From Minisyncoccota bacterium (GTDB lineage Bacteria > Patescibacteriota > Minisyncoccia > Phycocordibacterales > UBA9973), in contig JBAYFP010000004.1 in the NCBI GenBank assembly GCA_041667145.1, positions 9,100 to 73,099 on the forward strand: a stretch of 64,000 nucleotides of DNA, written 5' to 3'. The notes below the pieces were generated by a model. The model saw only the letters and a program-made list of their open reading frames with translations, made no database searches and was not told where the DNA came from. Positions 48,098 through 57,762 of this stretch are shown piece by piece (positions within the stretch are counted from its first letter, which is position 1; the number at the start of each line of letters is the position of its first letter). Position numbers and translations under genes: made by a program.

Positions 48098-48922
48098 ATG
48101 AAAATCGCAATTTTGGGAGGAGGAATATATGGTTCTGCTATGGCATCTTATTTATCTGGTATAGGGCATAATGTTTCTGTCGATACTATAGATGGGGGTG
48201 ATATGATATTTGTCTGTGCTTCTTCCAATATGGTTTTGCCTTCACTTTTAAAATTTGAAAAAGAGATTACTGATCAAAAAATAATAATTTGTTCAAAAGG
48301 TTTTGCAGGTGACGGAAGGCTTATCTCGGAAGCTTTAAAAGAAAAATTTATAAATGAAGTATTCTTTTTATATGGCCCTACTTTAGCAGAAGAATTGGGT
48401 AAAGGATCTCCTTCGTGTATGGTCTTGGCAGGAGGTGAGGGTAAAGAAGAAATAAAGAAACAAATTGAATCAGAGAATTTACGGATAGATCTCTCAGACG
48501 ATGTGGTAGGAGTAGAGATAAGTGCGGCATTGAAAAATGTCATGACCATACTTATAGGTATAGTAGAAGGTGCAGGATATGGGCAAAATACTAAAGCGTA
48601 TGTTTTTACAAAGACAATTCAGGAGACGAAAGATATAGGTCTTGCTTTAGGAGGCAAGATTGAGACATTTTTGGGTTTGTCGTGCATCGGTGATTTTTCT
48701 CTTCCATCTCGTAATAGATTTTTAGGTATTGAACTAGGTAAAGGATATAAATTAGAGGAAATCGTGAGAGAGACGAATTATACTCCAGCAGGAGTCTATG
48801 CTCTTAAGGATGCTAAAAAAATGGTTGAAAAGTTGGGTATAGATGCACCACTTATAAGAGTGCTTTATAAAATAGTTTTTGAAAATTATTCTATTAAAGA
48901 GGCAATAAAAGAGATCGATTAA
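48098..48922 (+). CDS. gpsA: NAD(P)H-dependent glycerol-3-phosphate dehydrogenase (shortened)
   Basis: GGG.YG.A, SKG, GP..A.E, ALKNV, G.GD..SRN. Confidence 0.85.
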   Translation: MKIAILGGGIYGSAMASYLSGIGHNVSVDTIDGGDMIFVCASSNMVLPSLLKFEKEITDQKIIICSKGFAGDGRLISEALKEKFINEVFFLYGPTLAEELGKGSPSCMVLAGGEGKEEIKKQIESENLRIDLSDDVVGVEISAALKNVMTILIGIVEGAGYGQNTKAYVFTKTIQETKDIGLALGGKIETFLGLSCIGDFSLPSRNRFLGIELGKGYKLEEIVRETNYTPAGVYALKDAKKMVEKLGIDAPLIRVLYKIVFENYSIKEAIKEID

Positions 48923-48923
48923 A

Positions 48924-51317
48924 ATGTTGACAGGTTTAACAAAAGAAGAGGCTCAAAATAGGTTAAAGAGAGATGGTAATAACACTATAGTATCTAAAAA
49001 GCCTGAGTCTGCTTTTTTTATTTTTTTAAATGAATTCAAAAGCCCGCTTGTCCTCCTTTTGATGGGTGCTTCCTTTATTTCTCTCATGACTGGCTCTTAT
49101 ACCAGTGCTATTTTGATCATTATAATTATTTTAATTAGTTCTGCTATTAATTTTTTTGTTTCATACAAATCACAAAAGGCTACGAAAGCACTTTTAAGAA
49201 AAGTTGCCTTACAGACTGTCGTAGTTCGCGATGGAAAAGAGGAAAAAATATTGGCTTCAGATATCGTGGTGGGAGATATTGTTGTGATAGAAGCAGGTAA
49301 TGTCATTCCGGCTGATGGAATAGTACGTGAAGGACGGGATCTCTTCGTGAATGAATCTTCTCTGACTGGGGAGTCTTTACCTGTTGAGAAAAATGTTGAC
49401 GATGCAGTGTATTTGGGTAGTAGCGCTGTGACAGGTCATGTATATGTGGAGATAACAGCTATCGGTAAAAATACAAAATTCTTTAAAATTGTTTCTTTAT
49501 TGGAAGAGAGGGAGAGGACAGGTGAATTTGAGAGAGGTATTAAGGATTTTAGTTTTCTTATTGCGAAAGTGGTGATACTCATGGTTATTTTTATTTTTTT
49601 TACAAATGCTTTTTTGAAACATGACATTCTGCAATCACTTATCTTCGCTTTAGCCATTGCTGTCGGAGTCACTCCCGAATTATTACCGATGATTATCGCC
49701 TTAAATGTTTCTAAAGCTTCTATAAAGATGGAGAAACATGGTGTTATCGTTAAAAAATTATCAGCTGTCGAGAATTTTGGCAGCATGGATATACTTTGCA
49801 CAGATAAGACAGGGACATTGACGGAGGATAAAATTACTTTGGTAAAATATTTAGATCTAGAGGGAAAAGATTCTGAAGAAGTTTTGAAATATGCTTTTGT
49901 AAACAGTATTTTTCATACCGGAACAAAAAATCCTCTTGATGCTGCTATCGCCAAGTATCGAGATTTTGACATTTCTTCATATGAGAAAATTGATGAAAAA
50001 CCTTTTGATTTCGAACGTAAGCGTGACAGTATAATCGTCAGGTATAATAATGAGATTATTCTTATTGCCAAAGGTGCCCCAGAGCAGATTTTCCCAGTAA
50101 CCGATTTGTCTTCTATTCAAATTAAACAAGCAGAAAAATTGTTTGATTCTCTATCAGAAGATGGATATAGAGTCATAGCTATTGCTACTAAGAATTTAAA
50201 TTCTTCACAAAAATATACTATTACTGATGAATCGAGTCTCACTTTTCATGGTTTTATTGCTTTCATTGATCCACCTAAAAAAGGTGTAAAAGAAGTATTA
50301 GATGAGCTTGAATCCCTTGGAGTAAATATAAAAGTGATCACAGGGGATCATGTTCTTGTCGCAGAAAAAATTGTTAAAGAGATTGGTTTACCAATCCTCG
50401 GAGTACTAAATGGAGAAGAAATTGAAAAATTATCTGATGAAGAACTTGCTAGTGCATCAGAGGGGACTAACATATTTGCGAGAGTAAATCCTGTGCAGAA
50501 AAATCGTATAATAAAAGCACTTCAATCTCGTAAACATGTCGTCGGGTATATGGGTGACGGAATAAATGATGCACCGTCACTGCGTACAGCAGATGTGGGT
50601 ATATCTGTAGATAACGCCGTTGATGTAGCAAAAGAATCTGCTGATATAATTTTATTGTCGAAAAGTTTTCGTGAATTGATAGATGGAGTTATCGAAGGGC
50701 GTCGTACTTTTGCTAATACAAATAAATATATTTCGATGGCTATCAGTTCGAATTTTGGCAATATGTTTTCAATGACTGGGGCATCTATTCTTTTACCATT
50801 TTTGCCAATGTTGCCGGTTCAAGTATTGTTGAATAATCTGCTTTATGAAAGTTCACAATTCTCTCTTACTTTTGATAGAGTAGAGAAGTCTATCTTATCT
50901 CGTCCTAACCCGTGGAATATAAAATATATAAAAAAATTCATGTATTTTTTTGGAGGTATCAGTTCTATTTTTGATTTTTTGACATTTTTTGTATTGTACA
51001 AAGTTTTGATGTTATCAGGCTCTTCTTTCCAGACAGGTTGGTTTATCGAATCTTTTGCCACGCAGACACTCGTTATATTTTTGATTCGTTCTCGTAAATT
51101 TATATTTAAATCCATTTCCCCTCATCCTGCTGTCATCTGGGCTACTATTTCAGCAGTCGTTATAGCATGGGTTGTAGCATTGACTTCACTTGGTCAATTA
51201 TTTGGCTTTACCCCACTTTCAACTTTAGCTGTTTTATCAATAGTTGGAATAGTAATTACGTATTTGATTATAGTTGAAATAGGTAAGAAGATTTTCTATA
51301 AAGTTTTTAAATTTTAG
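48924..51317 (+). CDS. mgtA: Mg2+-transporting P-type ATPase
   Basis: TGES, TPELLP, DKTGTLT, GDGIND, SSNFGN, NNLLY. Confidence 0.92.
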   Translation: MLTGLTKEEAQNRLKRDGNNTIVSKKPESAFFIFLNEFKSPLVLLLMGASFISLMTGSYTSAILIIIIILISSAINFFVSYKSQKATKALLRKVALQTVVVRDGKEEKILASDIVVGDIVVIEAGNVIPADGIVREGRDLFVNESSLTGESLPVEKNVDDAVYLGSSAVTGHVYVEITAIGKNTKFFKIVSLLEERERTGEFERGIKDFSFLIAKVVILMVIFIFFTNAFLKHDILQSLIFALAIAVGVTPELLPMIIALNVSKASIKMEKHGVIVKKLSAVENFGSMDILCTDKTGTLTEDKITLVKYLDLEGKDSEEVLKYAFVNSIFHTGTKNPLDAAIAKYRDFDISSYEKIDEKPFDFERKRDSIIVRYNNEIILIAKGAPEQIFPVTDLSSIQIKQAEKLFDSLSEDGYRVIAIATKNLNSSQKYTITDESSLTFHGFIAFIDPPKKGVKEVLDELESLGVNIKVITGDHVLVAEKIVKEIGLPILGVLNGEEIEKLSDEELASASEGTNIFARVNPVQKNRIIKALQSRKHVVGYMGDGINDAPSLRTADVGISVDNAVDVAKESADIILLSKSFRELIDGVIEGRRTFANTNKYISMAISSNFGNMFSMTGASILLPFLPMLPVQVLLNNLLYESSQFSLTFDRVEKSILSRPNPWNIKYIKKFMYFFGGISSIFDFLTFFVLYKVLMLSGSSFQTGWFIESFATQTLVIFLIRSRKFIFKSISPHPAVIWATISAVVIAWVVALTSLGQLFGFTPLSTLAVLSIVGIVITYLIIVEIGKKIFYKVFKF

Positions 51318-51326
51318 TAATTTTAG

Positions 51327-51374
51327 GTATACCCTGTAGTAGATTTTTGTCAAAAAATTCACTACGGGGTATAC
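51327..51374. repeat. CCC.GTAGT...ACTACGGGG hairpin overlapping a -10 box
   Basis: gtataccctgtagt..actacggggtatac; TATACT lies 6 nt before ATG 51382. Confidence 0.75.
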
Positions 51375-51381
51375 TGTCTAT

Positions 51382-51942
51382 ATGTTATATACAAGAAAAG
51401 GGGATGGTGGAACAACTAAAACCTTCGGATGTGATCAACGTATCTCTAAAAGCTCGATCATAGCTGAAGCCCTTGGCTCTCTTGATGAGATAAATTCTTT
51501 TCTTGGTCTTTGTAAAGTTAAAGTCGCTGAAAAAGGCCAGACCTTAAATCTGGGGAAAGGTCTGGCCTTGGTGGATTTAATTCATGGTATTCAAAAAAAT
51601 CTATTTATTGTCCAAGCGGAGCTCGCAGGGGCGTCTATGTCTATAGATGAAGAAAAAATAGAAGAAGTAGAGACTTTTATAGATACTATTGAAAAAGAAC
51701 TTCCACCAATAAAAACTTTTTTCATTTCTGGTGGTACAGAACTTGCCGCTACTTTTGATATAGCACGTACCATCTCTCGTAGGGCAGAAAGGAGAGTCGT
51801 GGGTGTGACGGAAGAAGGGAAAACCCCAGTAAATAAAAATACTCTTGCGTATCTAAATCGTCTCTCGAGTCTTCTTTATGCCTTTGCTAGATTGGCAAAT
51901 TATAAGGCTGGAATAAAAGAAGAGGGCCCAGACTATAAATAA
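51382..51942 (+). CDS. PduO-type cob(I)alamin adenosyltransferase
   Basis: YTRKGD.G.T, G.LDE.NS, R...RRAER, YLNRLS. Confidence 0.92.
   Translation: MLYTRKGDGGTTKTFGCDQRISKSSIIAEALGSLDEINSFLGLCKVKVAEKGQTLNLGKGLALVDLIHGIQKNLFIVQAELAGASMSIDEEKIEEVETFIDTIEKELPPIKTFFISGGTELAATFDIARTISRRAERRVVGVTEEGKTPVNKNTLAYLNRLSSLLYAFARLANYKAGIKEEGPDYK
51533..51569. repeat. 13-bp perfect IR in frame in the pduO-type gene (KGQTLNLGKGLAL)
   Basis: aaggccagacctt..aaggtctggcctt. Confidence 0.8.
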
Positions 51943-51985
51943 AAGTGGCATTTATCCATATTTTTTGATATAAATAGCACTGTAT

Positions 51986-52058
51986 GGTGCCTATGGTGTA
52001 ACGGTTAGCACTAGGGTTTGTGGAACCCTCAGTTCGAGTTCAAATCTCGATAGGCACC
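51986..52058 (+). tRNA. tRNA-His (GTG)
   Basis: Encoded G-1; anticodon arm agggt-TTGTGGA-accct. Confidence 0.94.
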
Positions 52059-52064
52059 CATTTT

Positions 52065-52637
52065 ATGGAAATTGAATACGAAGCGACATTTTTAAATATA
52101 GATAAAAATGAAATTAGAAAACGCTTAAAGAATACGGGTGCGATATTATTACGACCTGAATATTTGCAAAAAAGAATCCCTTTTAATTTACCAAAGGAAA
52201 CACACTCGAAGGATAAATTTGTGAGAGTCCGTGATGAAGGTGATAAAATCACTATGAGTTTTAAAATGTTTGATGGTGATAAGATCGAGAATCAGAAAGA
52301 AATATGTCTTACCGTAAATGATTTTAATGACGCTGTAGACCTTTTGACACAGATTGGATGCGAACCAAAATCATATCAAGAAAGTAAAAGAGAACTTTGG
52401 AAATTAGATAACGTAGAAATTATGATAGATGAATGGCCTTTCTTAGAGCCGTTTATAGAAATAGAAGGGAAGAGTGAAAAAGATGTAAAAAAAGTTTCAG
52501 AAAAATTAGGATTTGATTATTCTAAAGCATTATTTTGTCCAACTGGGAAAATTTACCAAATGAAATACAATATTCCAGAAAACAAAATAAATACAATACC
52601 AAAAATAGTTTTTGACATGAAAAATCCATTTTTATAG
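52065..52637 (+). CDS. CYTH domain protein
   Basis: E.E motif, RVR, KR..W.L, FIEIEG; start moved past tRNA-His. Confidence 0.88.
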   Translation: MEIEYEATFLNIDKNEIRKRLKNTGAILLRPEYLQKRIPFNLPKETHSKDKFVRVRDEGDKITMSFKMFDGDKIENQKEICLTVNDFNDAVDLLTQIGCEPKSYQESKRELWKLDNVEIMIDEWPFLEPFIEIEGKSEKDVKKVSEKLGFDYSKALFCPTGKIYQMKYNIPENKINTIPKIVFDMKNPFL

Positions 52638-52680
52638 TATTTTACTATTCAATTTACAACTGAACTGATATAATAAAAGC

Positions 52681-54024
52681 ATGATTAATCAACAATTAAT
52701 TAGTTTTATTAGGCAACAATTACAATTAGGTACAACTAAAGAAAAAATATCAAGTGAGCTTCTGGCTAATGGCTGGAGCTCACAAGATGTAGAAGAAGGA
52801 TTTAAGGCTGTCGATATTCCTGTCCCGACTCCAAATACAAACCCGACACCAGTTTCTAATAGTTCTTCTTTTAATAATAATTTATTTTCCGCTAGTTCTA
52901 CAAAATTAGTGAATCATTCTGGTAATAAAATATTTTTAGTGGCACTAATAATATTTTTATTATTAACTGGTGGGGCATCTGCCTATTATTTTAAGGATAC
53001 TTTGTTGAATTTACCTGTTATTAAGGATCTAGTTGGAAATAATGATGTAATCAAGGATGTTATGACGCCAGAAGTTACTCAAGTACCAACAGAGCCGATA
53101 AATTGCCCCAATGATGACTTGAGTTGTTTTATAGATGCAGCTAAAAATTGTTCTAGGGCTACAGTTGTGTGGAATGCATCGATGACTATGGCCGGTAAAC
53201 AAAATGCTAGATTGAAACTTGATTTAAATGGGTTTGATTCCTCTGGGAAATGTGCCTTTTCTAATCTCATTGAGGATGTAAGTATAAACTTTACTCCAGA
53301 AATGAAATTAGAGGCAAAAAATTCAGGTATGACAGACGCAGCAATAGAACAAACAATAAAAACTACTAATGAATTGATTAAACCTATCATTGGAACTGTT
53401 ATTAAATGTTCCTTTTCAACAAGTGAACTTATTCAAAAACTTACAAATTGGTCAGTGGGTACTCTCAATTCAGATGATCTTACTTCAAATGATTGTACGA
53501 CAAATAATAGTATGGTTAAACTTTATACAAAGCCTTCAACGACACTTCCTGTAAAAATCACAGCGCCACTAGATATTTCAACTTGGAAAACGTATAAAAA
53601 TACTGAGTATGGATTCCAATTTAAATATCAACCTTCAGATCCTGCGCCTACAGTCAGGATTATCGATCCACTAGAAAAGGGTCAAGATAAGGTTGTTTCT
53701 ATTAGTATAGGAAGTTATACATTATCAATTACAGGAATTTATGATTCAGTATTGAAACGTAATATGACGATGGATGAATTACTAAAGAGTTTTTATATGA
53801 GTTCTTCTACCAAAGAAGATGTCATTATTAATGATATTAAGGCTGTGAGAACCTCAAAAGATTATAATTCTACTTCGTTTCACTCAGTCGAAGTCTATAT
53901 TCCTCGTTCTTCTACGCAATTTATTATTATTTCCTATGGTTGGATTTTAAATAATGATAATTCTGTAAATAAAAATAAAGATATATATGAATCCATGGTA
54001 GCTAGTTTCAAATTTATTAAATGA
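52681..54024 (+). CDS. CPR-type membrane-anchored protein with PsbP-like C-terminus
   Basis: QL..FI.QQ...G.....I...L...GW N-terminal domain, TM, W.TY.N..YGF.F.Y, M..SFKF. Confidence 0.75.
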   Translation: MINQQLISFIRQQLQLGTTKEKISSELLANGWSSQDVEEGFKAVDIPVPTPNTNPTPVSNSSSFNNNLFSASSTKLVNHSGNKIFLVALIIFLLLTGGASAYYFKDTLLNLPVIKDLVGNNDVIKDVMTPEVTQVPTEPINCPNDDLSCFIDAAKNCSRATVVWNASMTMAGKQNARLKLDLNGFDSSGKCAFSNLIEDVSINFTPEMKLEAKNSGMTDAAIEQTIKTTNELIKPIIGTVIKCSFSTSELIQKLTNWSVGTLNSDDLTSNDCTTNNSMVKLYTKPSTTLPVKITAPLDISTWKTYKNTEYGFQFKYQPSDPAPTVRIIDPLEKGQDKVVSISIGSYTLSITGIYDSVLKRNMTMDELLKSFYMSSSTKEDVIINDIKAVRTSKDYNSTSFHSVEVYIPRSSTQFIIISYGWILNNDNSVNKNKDIYESMVASFKFIK

Positions 54025-54131
54025 TATTTGCAGTGGCTTTAATAATATAACAATTCAAGAGGAATAATCATTGTTTGGCATAGTATCTAAATACCTTGAT
54101 AAAAAGGGGTTTATTATATAGACTTCTTATT

Positions 54132-54599
54132 ATGCTTTCGAAAAATATTAAAGAAACTGAAAAAATAGCTAAAATATTTCTGAATAAAATATTAAAGTCT
54201 AAAAAAAGTAACGATAGAGCTTTAGTTGTTGGGCTTTCTGGTGATTTAGGTGCGGGGAAGACTGCTTTTACAAAATCTGTAGCTAAGCATCTTGGTATAA
54301 AAGAGAAGATCTTTAGTCCTACTTACGTAATTTTCAAAAAATATCTTCTCCCCCTGCGAAGGGGGAGTGCCCAAAGGGCGAAGGGGTCTAATTTTAAATT
54401 CTTTTTTCATATGGATGCTTATCGTTTGGAAAATGAAAAAGAATTATTAAATTTAGGGTGGGAAGAAATAATCAATAACAAAGAGCATTTGATTTTTATT
54501 GAATGGCCTGAAAATATAGCAGAAGCTATGCCTCTTCACTCTAAGTATGTTTATATTTCTGATAAAAAAAGTGGACACAAAGATTTTAAATTTAAGTAA
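54132..54599 (+). CDS. tsaE: tRNA t6A biosynthesis ATPase TsaE
   Basis: GDLGAGKT, SPTY, H.DAYRL, IEW. Confidence 0.94.
   Translation: MLSKNIKETEKIAKIFLNKILKSKKSNDRALVVGLSGDLGAGKTAFTKSVAKHLGIKEKIFSPTYVIFKKYLLPLRRGSAQRAKGSNFKFFFHMDAYRLENEKELLNLGWEEIINNKEHLIFIEWPENIAEAMPLHSKYVYISDKKSGHKDFKFK
54346..54391 (+). repeat. CCCCT-gcNa-AGGGG element in frame in tsaE
   Basis: ctccccct-gcga-agggggag, gccc-aaa-gggc, aggggtctaa. Confidence 0.82.
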
Positions 54600-54607
54600 T
54601 TTTTAAA

Positions 54608-55195
54608 ATGGAAGAAAATTTATGGAAAGATAAAAATTTAATAAAAGTACTTCGGGAAGATGGGGTAGTTATTATGCCTACGGACACTATTTATGGAATG
54701 GTTGGGAAGGCTCAAAGTAGAAATGCGGTGGAACGTATTTATAAAATACGTCAAAGAAGTCCGGATAAACCGTGCATTATTCTCATTGGGGATATTGAAG
54801 AGCTTCAAAAATTTTCAGTAGTTTTGTCAGAAAAGCAAAAAGAAGAAATAAAGAAATATTGGTTTACCCTGAGCGAAGTCGAAGGACCTAGAGCGACTAG
54901 TATTGTCTTAGATTGTATTGATGATGATTTTGAATATCTGCATAGGGGAACTAAAACTTTAGCATTTCGAATGCCTTTTCAAAAGTTATTACGTGAGTTG
55001 CTTTTGAAAGTTGGTCCACTTATTGCTCCTTCTGCAAATCCGGAAGCAAGGCTTCCAGCTTTGAATATTGATGAGGCGAAAGAATATTTTGGGAATTTAG
55101 TGGATTTATATATAGATGGAGGGACTGTTTTAAACAAACATTCAAAACTCATTAAATTGAATGAAGATGGTTCTATCTCTGTGCTTAGAGAATAG
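54608..55195 (+). CDS. tsaC: Threonylcarbamoyl-AMP synthase (Sua5/YrdC)
   Basis: PTDTIYG, R...KP, R.P, SAN, DGG. Confidence 0.92.
   Translation: MEENLWKDKNLIKVLREDGVVIMPTDTIYGMVGKAQSRNAVERIYKIRQRSPDKPCIILIGDIEELQKFSVVLSEKQKEEIKKYWFTLSEVEGPRATSIVLDCIDDDFEYLHRGTKTLAFRMPFQKLLRELLLKVGPLIAPSANPEARLPALNIDEAKEYFGNLVDLYIDGGTVLNKHSKLIKLNEDGSISVLRE
54863..54886 (+). repeat. CTGAGC..GTCGAAG element in frame in tsaC (FTLSEVEG)
   Basis: Interrupts the conserved W-P-G-P region; family shared with 3553-3576. Confidence 0.75.
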
Positions 55196-55220
55196 AATTG
55201 TGTCATAATATGGAGATATT

Positions 55221-56591
55221 ATGAAGAAAAGCATTTTAGAAAAGATTTTTAGTGCGCCGGCTGAAGTACTGGAAAAAGGTATTGAACTTGAACGTGATAT
55301 TAAGAATGATATAGAAAATGAGCGTCCGGTAAAAGAAGCTAGAGAATATTGGAAAACATTGGGCCCTGGGCTCACGACTGGTGCAGCTGATGATGATCCT
55401 TCAGGTATCGCCACGTATTCTCAGATGGGTGCGTCACGTGGTTTTAATCTGATCTGGCTTTCACTTTTTTCTTTTCCTTTAATGGCGACTGTTCAGGAAA
55501 TGTGCGCACGTATTGGGCTCACGACTGGTGTTGGTCTTGCTACTAATATCAAGAGACATTTTTCTAAGAAAGTTTTATATTTCTGTACAATACTTTTACT
55601 CTTTGCAAATGTATTTAATATCGGGGCAGACTTGGGTGCGATGGCAAAAGGAACTCAGCTTATTTTCCCTAATGTTGGGTTCACTTTTTTAGTTTTTGGA
55701 TTTGCAATACTTTCTCTCTTGCTTCAGATTTTTATTTCATACAAAGAATATTCAAAATATTTAAAATATTTGGCTTTAGTTCTTTTTGCGTATGTATTTT
55801 CTGCTTTTTCGGTTTCAATAAATTGGGGAGATGTGTTTAATCACTTGGTCGTACCGACTGTTTCTTTCTCAAAGGATGAAATAATTTTAATCTGTGCAGC
55901 ATTCGGAACGACTATCTCGCCTTATTTATTCTTCTGGCAAACCTCACAAGAGGTGGAAGAGCAAATATTAAAAGGGGAGAAAACAGAAGAGATGCGACGT
56001 ACTTTGAATACGAAAGAAGATATTCATAAAATGAGGATAGATGTCTGGTCTGGAATGTTTTTTTCAAATTTAATAATGTTTTTTATTATTGCGACTTGTG
56101 CCGCGACTTTATTTGGAAGTGGTGTTGTAAATATAGGCACAGCAGCGGATGCAGCGCTCGCTCTCAAACCTTTCGCAGGTGATTTTTCATTTACTTTATT
56201 TGCTATTGGTATTTTAGGTGTGGGGCTCTTGGCTATTCCAATTCTCGCAGGTTCAGCATCTTATGCATTATCTGAAGCATTCAATTGGAAGACAGGACTT
56301 TACAGGAAATTGAAACAGGCGACTTCTTTTTATGGAGTGATTATAGTAGCAATGATTTTAGGGATTATTTTGAATTTTGTTGGTCTTGATCCCATAAAAA
56401 CCCTTATTTATGCTGCTGTTTTTAATGGTATAATTTCACCAGTCATTTTGTTTTTTATTGTTCGTATAAGCGCTGATGAAAAGATAATGGGAACTTTTAA
56501 AAACAGGAAATTTACAAATGTTGTGGGTTGGTTTACTGTAGCGTTATTGTTTGTGGTCAGTATTGGCACTATTATTTTCCTTTTTAATTGA
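55221..56591 (+). CDS. NRAMP family divalent metal transporter
   Basis: GPG...A.D.DP, GTTISPY; multiple TMs. Confidence 0.9.
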   Translation: MKKSILEKIFSAPAEVLEKGIELERDIKNDIENERPVKEAREYWKTLGPGLTTGAADDDPSGIATYSQMGASRGFNLIWLSLFSFPLMATVQEMCARIGLTTGVGLATNIKRHFSKKVLYFCTILLLFANVFNIGADLGAMAKGTQLIFPNVGFTFLVFGFAILSLLLQIFISYKEYSKYLKYLALVLFAYVFSAFSVSINWGDVFNHLVVPTVSFSKDEIILICAAFGTTISPYLFFWQTSQEVEEQILKGEKTEEMRRTLNTKEDIHKMRIDVWSGMFFSNLIMFFIIATCAATLFGSGVVNIGTAADAALALKPFAGDFSFTLFAIGILGVGLLAIPILAGSASYALSEAFNWKTGLYRKLKQATSFYGVIIVAMILGIILNFVGLDPIKTLIYAAVFNGIISPVILFFIVRISADEKIMGTFKNRKFTNVVGWFTVALLFVVSIGTIIFLFN

Positions 56592-56596
56592 ACTTT

Positions 56597-57637
56597 ATGA
56601 AGATTATTGAAAATTATGATTTAACAAAATTAAATACTTTTGGAATATCAGCTAAGGCGAATCTTTTTGTTGAACTGGAGGATGAATCTGACCTGGAAGA
56701 GCTTTTGAAGTCTCCAGAGTTTAAGAATAATGAAAAACTATTTTTAGGTGGAGGAAGTAATGTTTTATTTATTAAAGATTTTAAAGGAATTGTTGTTTTA
56801 AACAAGTTAAAAGGTATTGAAATATCAAAAGAAGATTCTGAAAATGTGTTAGTGAGAGCAATGGGAGGAGAAATGTGGCATGATTTGGTGATGTTTATTG
56901 TCGAAAAAGGATATTGGGGTATTGAAAATTTATCTTTGATACCTGGCACTGTCGGGGCTGCTCCAATACAGAATATAGGGGCATATGGTGTGGAGCTTAA
57001 AGATATTTTGGAAAATGTGGAGGTATATGAGATAGAGACTGGTGAAAAACGTGTTTTTAAAAAAGATGAATGTGAATTTGGTTATCGAGAGAGTATATTT
57101 AAAAATAAAGTAAGAGGAAAATATTTTATTTCGGCCGTAACTTTGAGATTAAATAAAGAAAAGATAGAAAATACAAGTTATAAAATGTTGCAAGAATATT
57201 TAGATAAAAATGAGATTAAAATTAATAATCCCAAAGATGTGAGCGACGCTGTGGTGGCTATCAGAAAAAGTAAATTACCTGATCCGAAAGTTTTTGGGAA
57301 TGCAGGAAGTTTTTTCAAGAATGTTTATATCGAGAAAGAAAAATTTGAAAACTTATTGAAACTTCATGATGATATGCCATTTTTCAAGGAAGGAGATGGG
57401 ATGATAAAGATTCCTGCTGGTTGGCTCATTGAAAAATGTGGCCCACGCCAGGGCGGGGCAAGTTGGAAGGGTTATAGGATTGGGAATGTCGGGGTACATG
57501 AAAAACAGGCCTTAGTTCTTGTGAATTATGGAGGAGCCACAGGAGAAGAAGTAATGAATTTGTCTAAGCAAATAATAGATTCTGTAAGTTCCAAATTCGG
57601 CTTAGTTTTAGAAAGAGAAGTGAATTTGATCTCGTAG
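56597..57637 (+). CDS. murB: UDP-N-acetylmuramate dehydrogenase
   Basis: LGGGSN, IPG.VGAAP.QNIGAYG, FGYR.S, GSFFKN. Confidence 0.96.
   Translation: MKIIENYDLTKLNTFGISAKANLFVELEDESDLEELLKSPEFKNNEKLFLGGGSNVLFIKDFKGIVVLNKLKGIEISKEDSENVLVRAMGGEMWHDLVMFIVEKGYWGIENLSLIPGTVGAAPIQNIGAYGVELKDILENVEVYEIETGEKRVFKKDECEFGYRESIFKNKVRGKYFISAVTLRLNKEKIENTSYKMLQEYLDKNEIKINNPKDVSDAVVAIRKSKLPDPKVFGNAGSFFKNVYIEKEKFENLLKLHDDMPFFKEGDGMIKIPAGWLIEKCGPRQGGASWKGYRIGNVGVHEKQALVLVNYGGATGEEVMNLSKQIIDSVSSKFGLVLEREVNLIS
57442..57463 (+). repeat. Short REP-like element in frame in murB (PRQGGAS)
   Basis: cccacgccagggcggggcaagt; removing 21 bp restores WLIE.CGWKG. Confidence 0.88.
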
Positions 57638-57762
57638 TGAGTTTTGGTAATACACAAAGCGTATTTTAAAAATTTTATACAAAATACACTTATGAGATTG
57701 ATTTAGTAGTGGTATAGTATACAATTAATTTATTAAAAGCTTAATTTTTTTAATATAAATAT

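Noticed and set aside
52020-52064. N-terminal extension of the CYTH ORF
   Set aside because: Overlaps tRNA-His; the likely start is 52065
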